From positions 57,135 to 121,134 of the forward strand of contig CAZYCE010000003.1 of the NCBI GenBank assembly GCA_964645605.1: a stretch of DNA of 64,000 nt, read 5' to 3'. The stretch is from an uncultured Gammaproteobacteria bacterium (lineage in GTDB: Bacteria > Patescibacteriota > Microgenomatia > UBA8517). The first letter of the stretch is position 1; the number at the start of each line of letters is the position of its first letter. The notes under the pieces are model-generated. The model was not told where the DNA came from, did not search any database, and saw nothing but the letters and a program-made list of their open reading frames with translations. This document shows, one piece after another, positions 57,967 to 64,000 of the stretch. The position numbers were made by a program, and so were the translations under genes.

Positions 57967-58508
57967 ACCCGCCACTAACCAGTAAAGAAATATTTGATAA
58001 AGTACAGAGGAATTTAGTAATACCTTTTCAAAAAGCCAAATGGGGCAGCAAAACATTTACATTTAAAGACCTTGCTGTCTGTGGAAGCTGTGGAGCCGTA
58101 TTCGTAGCAGAAGATAAATATGGAAAAAGTAAATTCAGAGAGCCAAAATATCACGTCTACAACCACTGCACCAGAAGAAGAGATCCAAACTGTCCTGAAC
58201 CGTATGTGACTGAAGAAAAGCTCGTTAAAGAGCTGGTAAGGTATATTAACTTCACAACCGTAGCCCATCCACAGATGATTCACTATACAGAAAAGATCAA
58301 GTTTGGCATGGAACAGTACAAAAAACTGAGAAACGAGATATTTATCCAACAGAACATTAATCCAGATAAAATACCGTTTGATTTTAGAGAATATGCAAAA
58401 TACACCCTTACCCGAGGAACAACACCGGATAAAAGAGAAATCATTAACGCCTTGGGAGGCATTATTTACATCCACAATCAAATGGTTTGTTCAGCTCCGT
58501 CAAAATAA
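57967..58508 (+). pseudogene. 3' half of a large serine recombinase truncated at the IS3 right end
   Basis: Open frame reads PPLTSKEIFDKVQ (recombinase-domain end), CGSCG...HC...C zinc ribbon, then a C-terminal domain; no start or catalytic domain. Confidence 0.8.
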
Positions 58509-58587
58509 ACACAACCTTCCTCCACGGTTCGAATCCAAATTGACGGGTTAACATGGATTAGAACACGTTTAGCTCAACACTAAAAAA

Positions 58588-58650
58588 TCGAGCGTAGTTA
58601 TAGGTCCGATACATTTGACTAAAAATCAAGCTTTTAGAGGGCATTATTGG
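58588..58650 (+). repeat. Divergent repeat-family segment between the recombinase remnant and tRNA-Gln
   Basis: cgagcgtag..gtccga..aaaatcaagcttttagagggcattattgg resembles 43316-43375 and 46592-46650. Confidence 0.5.
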
Positions 58651-58690
58651 AATGAATAAACATCTCGATCAGAGGCTATAGAGTATTTAG

Positions 58691-58761
58691 CTGTGGGTCA
58701 GGGATTTGAACCCCGATAACATCCTCCAGAGGGATGTGTCCTACCGTTAGACGAACCCACA
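58691..58761 (-). tRNA. tRNA-Gln (CUG)
   Basis: Cloverleaf with TGTGGGT/ACCCACA acceptor, CATCC-CT-CTG-GA-GGATG anticodon arm and GGTTCAAATCC T-arm; CCA not encoded. Confidence 0.93.
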
Positions 58762-58894
58762 ATGTAAGTATGCGTATTCTAACATTTTGAAGCTTATTGT
58801 GGAATTGCTGGTGGTAGGAGGGCTAGTTATTTTTAAGATTTCTAAAAATAGCTTGTCGCTACCACCTATTCAATTGTTTGAAAGAAATAAATAA

Positions 58895-59323
58895 TTATGT
58901 GTATGGCACTTTTCTTGCACCAATTAAGAATTGTGCCCTGGGATCGAATGCAATACTGAGAGCCTTAAACCTGGTGTTGTCTTGGACTCTACCAAGCTTT
59001 AAGGCAAGTATTTTTCCAACACACGTGTATGGATCCCTATAATCATCATCGCCGTTATATCCAAGCGTGTGCAGATCTATACCTGTACAGCTGCAAAGCA
59101 GCTTAGAAAATAAGCAGTTCGTATTGCCGTCAATCGGGAGATCAAAGGCATTCCTAAAATCTGTTTCGATGTCGAGTGGAAGATAGCCTTTTGCCTGATT
59201 GATGCGTAACACAACTTCGTCTCCCCAAAAACCAAGGGCATATAGCCACCCTACTAGGGGATCTTCGTCAGGGTCGAGCAATTTCGACTTAAACTTAACG
59301 AGATGTAGAAACGTAACAACCAT
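58895..59323 (-). CDS. Hypothetical protein
   Basis: SD AGGAAGGA; 142 aa. Confidence 0.55.
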   Translation of the reverse strand: MVVTFLHLVKFKSKLLDPDEDPLVGWLYALGFWGDEVVLRINQAKGYLPLDIETDFRNAFDLPIDGNTNCLFSKLLCSCTGIDLHTLGYNGDDDYRDPYTCVGKILALKLGRVQDNTRFKALSIAFDPRAQFLIGARKVPYT

Positions 59324-59439
59324 TTTGTTCCTTCCTTTCTTTTAAGATAGGTGGATATGAATGAATGATGTTTTGGCGAAAAATATTTCTTTCAAAGAGC
59401 GAGAACCTATAATAACATATTGTGATTGTTAATCAATAA

Positions 59440-59817
59440 TTAGGGAAATATTTTCGGAACAAAAATTAATAAACCTATAAATATTGCCGCAATTGAGGCT
59501 ACAAGCACGGCGCCGGCGGAGACATCTTTGGCAATTTTTGCCCTTGGATTAATTTCGGGACTGATAATATCCACCATTGCCTCTATTGCGGTATTAACCA
59601 GTTCCAAAATTAAGACTGAAGCAATAACTATGATAAGATCAAACCACTCCTCGGGCGAGATGTTTAAGATTGCTCCGGTGACAGCGGCCAGAACCCCCAT
59701 AAAAATTTGGATTCTGAAGTTTCTTCCTTTCTTAAATTCTGTTTTTATGCCTTCAAAAGCAAATCCAAAGCTTTTTAGCAGGGAATGTTTTGTCTCCAGG
59801 GAGTGATCTTCAATCAT
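59440..59817 (-). CDS. dgkA: Diacylglycerol/undecaprenol kinase
   Basis: SFGFAFEG, ELVNTAIE, AKDVSAGAV. Confidence 0.92.
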   Translation of the reverse strand: MIEDHSLETKHSLLKSFGFAFEGIKTEFKKGRNFRIQIFMGVLAAVTGAILNISPEEWFDLIIVIASVLILELVNTAIEAMVDIISPEINPRAKIAKDVSAGAVLVASIAAIFIGLLIFVPKIFP

Positions 59818-59840
59818 AAATAAATGATATCATGAAATGA

Positions 59841-60314
59841 ATGGACGATATTATAGTTGAGATTTTTGCAACATTTCTAATCTGGGTTTTGTATGCAGGT
59901 TTGATCATTTTGTGGTTTATTGACGGCAAAATAAGAAAAGAACAGGTCCTTCATGCTCTTTTTGCCGGAGCCATTGCCTGGACCATTGTTTTTGCGATAA
60001 AGAGGCTTTTTCCCACAATCAGGCCATATATGACAAACGGCAAGGAAATTGAGGTTTTGGTTCCTCCCACCGATGGGGCTTTCCCTTCGTCCCATACGGC
60101 ATTGGCTTTCAGCCTTGCGGTGACTGTATTTATGCATGATCGTAAAATCGGGTATTGGTACCTGATAGGCGCACTAATTATCGGGGCGGCTCGAGTTTTG
60201 GCAAATGTTCATTATCCGATCGATATCCTTGGTGGAGCCTTCGTTGGAACCTTGGTTGCCGTAATCGTTGAGAAAACACATATGTTTCAGCTTCTTCCAA
60301 GAAAGAAAAAGTAA
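59841..60314 (+). CDS. PAP2-family phosphatase (undecaprenyl-PP phosphatase-like)
   Basis: KxxxxxxRP, FPSSH, RVLANVHYPxD. Confidence 0.9.
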   Translation: MDDIIVEIFATFLIWVLYAGLIILWFIDGKIRKEQVLHALFAGAIAWTIVFAIKRLFPTIRPYMTNGKEIEVLVPPTDGAFPSSHTALAFSLAVTVFMHDRKIGYWYLIGALIIGAARVLANVHYPIDILGGAFVGTLVAVIVEKTHMFQLLPRKKK

Positions 60315-60329
60315 AATTGAACTTGACAA

Positions 60330-60356
60330 TTAGCAGATCAAATAGTAGACTGCTAA
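60330..60356. promoter_or_regulatory. CIRCE-like (HrcA) operator in the lon promoter
   Basis: TTAGCAGAT-N9-GACTGCTAA versus consensus TTAGCACTC-N9-GAGTGCTAA, between TTGACA and TAAAAT. Confidence 0.7.
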
Positions 60357-60365
60357 AATACGCAT

Positions 60366-62804
60366 ATGGCAAAAGAAATTGCACCCGTTAAAGACGCGTC
60401 ACGAAGAGTGTTGATTGTTCCGGTTAGGGGATCGGTCGTTTTTCCCCATACGGACACGCTTGTTTCCTTCGGTAGAGCAAAAAGCGTGGCAGCCGTAAAC
60501 TCGGCATTCCAGGATGATCGTGTGATAGCCATCTTTTCCCAAAAGGACCCTCGAACGGCGGATCCCGTAGAGGATGATCTTAATACGATTGGTACAATCG
60601 CGACCATCACTCAAATGATGGCCACGGAAGGTGAAATACATGCACTCATACGTGGGCAGGCCAGGATTGAACTTAAGGAGATTATTTCGGATGAGCCGTA
60701 TCTTGTCGGCAAGGTAAAAGAAGTAACGGAAGAGCTGGAGGACAGTCCGGAGATTGGCGTTTTGGCAAAAAAAATTCAGGAGCTTTTCAAAAAAGCCATC
60801 AACCTAGGTAAACAGGCGGAAATAATGACCGTGATGAAGCTTGTTTCGGGCAACGTTGAACCGATCGAGGTAAGTGATCAAGTAGCCTCACTTTTGGATA
60901 TAAAACCGGCCGAGAAACAAAAGATTTTGGAGGAAATAAACGTTAAAAAAAGACTGAGAGTTGTTTTGGACTACCTGAGCAAAGAGATTAACGCACTAGA
61001 GGTTGAGCAGACAATTTCTTCAAAAACCCAAAAGAGATTTGAGGATCAAATGAAAAAAGCCATGCTTCGTGAGAAGAAAAGAACTATTGAGGAAGAACTG
61101 GGTGAAATGGATGAGGAGGGGGAAATCAGCAGCGAAGAGTTTAAGGAATATAAAACAAAAATTAAAGTTGCCGGCATGCCGCCCGATGTAAAAGACCGGG
61201 CGGAAAAAGAACTCAAGCGTTTAAGCGAAATGTCTCCGAATAACCCCGAGGGGGCTTATATCAGAAATTACCTGGACTGGCTTTGCGATGTGCCTTGGAG
61301 TAAAGAATCTCCCAATAATGTTGCCATGAGTAAAGCCTCAAAAATTTTGGAAGACGAGCATTACGGAATTGAAAAAGCAAAAGAGCGTATTTTGGAGTTT
61401 CTGGCAGTAATGAAACTCAAAAAAGAAGAAAAAAAACAAAAAAAAGGCACGTCTGAAGCTCACCCCACAATTTTGTGTTTCATAGGTCCTCCCGGGGTCG
61501 GCAAAACTTCTATAGGCCGTTCCATTGCCAAAGCCCTAAACCGCAAGTTTGTCCGTGTATCTTTGGGTGGTATCAGGGATGAAGCCGAAATCAGAGGACA
61601 TAGGAGAACTTATGTAGGGGCCATGCCCGGCAGGATTATTCAGGGAATGAAGACGGCTGGCACAAAAAACCCCGTTTTTATGCTTGATGAAATAGATAAG
61701 GTGGGAGTTGATTTTAGGGGAGATCCTTCAAGTGCCCTTTTGGAGGCATTGGATCCCGAGCAGAATAAAGAATTCTCCGACCATTATCTTGAAGTCCCAT
61801 TTGATCTTTCCGAAGTTATGTTTATATGTACCGGAAATGTGCTTGATACAATTCCTGCACCTCTTCGTGACAGGATGGAAGTAATTACATTCCCCGGCTA
61901 TACCGAAGAAGAAAAGTTTCAGATTGCCAAGAAATTCCTTTGGCCAAAGCAGGTTGAGGCCCAGGGTTTATCTAAACTAAACATAAAAATTTCAGATTCA
62001 GGAATCAGGGAGGTAATTGAAAGTTACACAAGAGAGGCGGGAGTTAGAAATTTGGAAAGAAATCTGGCCAGTGTTTGTAGAAAGGTCGCCAGACTTGTGG
62101 CTGAAAAGAAAAAATATCCAAAAATGATTGAGAAAGCGGATGTCAGGAAATTTTTGGGAAATCAAAGATTTTCCTCCCAAATTGCGGAAAAGAAAGATGA
62201 AATCGGAATGAGTACGGGTCTTTCGGTAACTCCATTCGGAGGGGAAATTCTTTTTATAGAAGTCTCTTTAATGCCCGGAAAGGGTAGGCTGACTCTCACG
62301 GGACAGCTGGGGGATGTTATGAAGGAGTCGGCAAAAGCGGCTTTCACTTGGACAAGATCGCATTATCACGAGCTTGGCCTTAGACCGGATTTTGCGGAAA
62401 ACATAGATGTCCATATACATGTTCCCGAGGGTGCGGTCCAGAAAGACGGTCCTTCGGCGGGCGTTGCGATTACCACCGCTCTTGTTTCAGCACTAACCGG
62501 CATTCCCGTAAAGCGCCATGTGGGTATGACCGGTGAAGTTACCCTAAGAGGAAGGGTTTTGGAAATAGGGGGTTTGAAGGACAAATCCATTGCCGGTCAT
62601 CGAGCCGGACTTACGACAATAATTGCCCCTAAAGAAAACAAAAAAGACTTGGACGACATTCCCGTGCAGGTTAAAAAGGATATTAAATTTGTATTTGCGG
62701 AAGAAGTGGAAGACGTATTGCGGGTTGCTTTTACAGGATGGCCACCCAAAACCATAATTAAAAAAGATTTTTCTCCTATTTCCGCCACGCTCGTGGCTAA
62801 TTAA
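60366..62804 (+). CDS. lon: Lon protease
   Basis: GPPGVGKTS, GHRRTYVGAMPG, DGPSAG catalytic Ser, IGGLKDK. Confidence 0.97.
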   Translation: MAKEIAPVKDASRRVLIVPVRGSVVFPHTDTLVSFGRAKSVAAVNSAFQDDRVIAIFSQKDPRTADPVEDDLNTIGTIATITQMMATEGEIHALIRGQARIELKEIISDEPYLVGKVKEVTEELEDSPEIGVLAKKIQELFKKAINLGKQAEIMTVMKLVSGNVEPIEVSDQVASLLDIKPAEKQKILEEINVKKRLRVVLDYLSKEINALEVEQTISSKTQKRFEDQMKKAMLREKKRTIEEELGEMDEEGEISSEEFKEYKTKIKVAGMPPDVKDRAEKELKRLSEMSPNNPEGAYIRNYLDWLCDVPWSKESPNNVAMSKASKILEDEHYGIEKAKERILEFLAVMKLKKEEKKQKKGTSEAHPTILCFIGPPGVGKTSIGRSIAKALNRKFVRVSLGGIRDEAEIRGHRRTYVGAMPGRIIQGMKTAGTKNPVFMLDEIDKVGVDFRGDPSSALLEALDPEQNKEFSDHYLEVPFDLSEVMFICTGNVLDTIPAPLRDRMEVITFPGYTEEEKFQIAKKFLWPKQVEAQGLSKLNIKISDSGIREVIESYTREAGVRNLERNLASVCRKVARLVAEKKKYPKMIEKADVRKFLGNQRFSSQIAEKKDEIGMSTGLSVTPFGGEILFIEVSLMPGKGRLTLTGQLGDVMKESAKAAFTWTRSHYHELGLRPDFAENIDVHIHVPEGAVQKDGPSAGVAITTALVSALTGIPVKRHVGMTGEVTLRGRVLEIGGLKDKSIAGHRAGLTTIIAPKENKKDLDDIPVQVKKDIKFVFAEEVEDVLRVAFTGWPPKTIIKKDFSPISATLVAN

Positions 62805-62895
62805 TTAGCCGTCATATTGGTCTTTTGGCTTCAAGTTTGATAAGCAAAGCTTGCCGCTCGGCAATTGAATCTGCCTCGTGGTAAAATATCGACAA

Positions 62896-62971
62896 GGCCC
62901 CATCGTCTAGCGGTCTAGGACACCAGGTTCTCATCCTGGTAACTTGGGTTCGAGTCCCAATGGGGTCACCA
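62896..62971 (+). tRNA. tRNA-Glu (CUC)
   Basis: GGCCCCA/TGGGGTC acceptor, CCAGG-TT-CTC-AT-CCTGG anticodon arm, GGTTCGAGTCC T-arm, CCA encoded. Confidence 0.95.
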
Positions 62972-63053
62972 AATGTTATTTTTTGATATATTTTGAGTTT
63001 CTTGACAAAGGCTGCATTTATAGCTACAATCTCCCCTTGTTGGGTAAAAAACC

Positions 63054-63087
63054 GTCCCTCTTCGGCAAAAAGGGGGACTATTTTTTT
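63054..63087 (+). terminator. Terminator/attenuator in the greA leader
   Basis: GTCCCTCT-loop-AGGGGGAC plus T-tract between the TTGACA/TACAAT promoter (63002-63030) and greA. Confidence 0.6.
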
Positions 63088-63143
63088 CACAAAATCTGTA
63101 GCAGAATTCAATTCTTGAATTTTGATACGTCATTAAAACTATC

Positions 63144-63602
63144 ATGAAAAGCGATGTCAAATTGACTAAGGAAGGACTGGAGACTTTAAAAGCAGAGCTC
63201 ACAGACCTTCGTGATGTCAAAAGACCAAGATTGGTTGACCGCCTTGCCAACGCGCGTTCTCAGGGAGATCTTAGCGAGAATAGCGATTATCAGTCTGCTA
63301 AAGAGGAACTTGAATTTCTTGACGGTAGGATTGAAGAGCTTGAAGAGGTTATTAAAACCGCTTCTGTTGCCCCGGCGGTCAAGTCGGGTGGAGTAGATGT
63401 AGGGACAAAAGTGACGGTTAAGGTTAACGGCAAAGAGATTGTGTTTAATATAGTGGGTGATTGGGAAGCAGACCCTGTTAATAAAAAGATTTCCCACGAG
63501 TCCCCTCTTGGAAGGGCATTGGTTGGCAAAAAAGTTGGCGATAAAGTCGAGGTCGAAGCCCCGGCAGGCAAAGTCCACTACGAAATACTTGCAATAGAAT
63601 AA
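63144..63602 (+). CDS. greA: Transcription elongation factor GreA
   Basis: GDLSENSDY; ISHESPLGRAL; APAG. Confidence 0.95.
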   Translation: MKSDVKLTKEGLETLKAELTDLRDVKRPRLVDRLANARSQGDLSENSDYQSAKEELEFLDGRIEELEEVIKTASVAPAVKSGGVDVGTKVTVKVNGKEIVFNIVGDWEADPVNKKISHESPLGRALVGKKVGDKVEVEAPAGKVHYEILAIE

Positions 63603-63642
63603 GCATTGAATAAAACTCCCTTTGAAGCTAGAATAGCTTAGA

Positions 63643-64000
63643 ATGCATTGGGCAGACAAAATCGCTAAAGAAATAATAGCCTCAGGCAAATATAAACCTT
63701 ATTGGGTTGATGATATGAAGACACCATCGGGTTATGCCCATATTGGTTCTGTTTTGGGACCGATGATTCACAGTTCGATATACCGTGCATTGAAAGACGC
63801 GGGTCAAGATACCACTTTTACGTATGTGATTAACGATTTCGACGTAGCCGACGAATTCCCTCCAAATTTTAAGGACCAACTTCAGGAACATGCCGGCAAA
63901 GTACTAAAAATGATTCCGTCTCCGGTTGAAGGTTTTGATAATTTAGCGGATCTCTTGGCGGATGACCTTAAAAAATCATTAGCATATTTGGGTTTTGAGG
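63643..64000 (+). CDS. lysS: Class I lysyl-tRNA synthetase (5' part; runs off the window)
   Basis: MHWADKIA..KTPSGYAHIGS (HIGH-like) typical of class I LysRS. Confidence 0.85.
   Translation, partial: MHWADKIAKEIIASGKYKPYWVDDMKTPSGYAHIGSVLGPMIHSSIYRALKDAGQDTTFTYVINDFDVADEFPPNFKDQLQEHAGKVLKMIPSPVEGFDNLADLLADDLKKSLAYLGFE

Noticed and set aside
58810-58866. Long imperfect hairpin GGTGGTAG...CTACCACC
   Set aside because: Most simply a terminator-like structure after 58895-59323; single copy and no further evidence of an ncRNA or mobile end.
322-63891. Numerous antisense/overlapping ORFs in the six-frame track (e.g. 322-819, 12725-13309, 49051-49479, 58014-58481, 63186-63689)
   Set aside because: They are shadows of well-supported genes on the opposite strand and show no motifs or start signals.

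Overview
Bacterial genomic window, most consistent with a CPR/Patescibacteria (Microgenomates-like) genome. This is inferred from the class I LysRS, GGGGGTGA-type Shine-Dalgarno sites, a -10 box about 6 nt before many start codons, and the general gene content. The left part (1-17.6 kb) has GH130 glycoside phosphorylases, Crp, an ECF-sigma operon, csoR-trxA, small housekeeping enzymes and a P-type ATPase. The right end (58.7-64 kb) is core genome: tRNA-Gln, dgkA, lon with a CIRCE-like site, tRNA-Glu, greA and lysS. Between them (~17.7-58.7 kb) is a patchwork accessory region ending at the 3' end of tRNA-Gln. It is punctuated by a co-oriented family of degenerate intergenic repeats and contains two remnants of a large serine recombinase and one IS3. 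Its cargo includes: (i) a radical SAM / phosphono(sulfo)pyruvate decarboxylase / DAC-like fusion / 3x methyltransferase operon; (ii) a candidate defence operon (small protein, GHKL/MORC-like ATPase, unknown protein, DUF6339-like, Dcm, Vsr, HEPN) beside an EVE-PD-(D/E)XK nuclease; (iii) a clear SAM-I riboswitch controlling an unknown gene at the head of that defence region; (iv) a classical leader-peptide attenuator (YWY) before an amino-acid racemase; (v) Fic, AAA, SWIM, ABC-F and glycosyltransferase modules. No CRISPR array or rRNA was seen. All assignments come from reading motifs by eye; no database searches were run.
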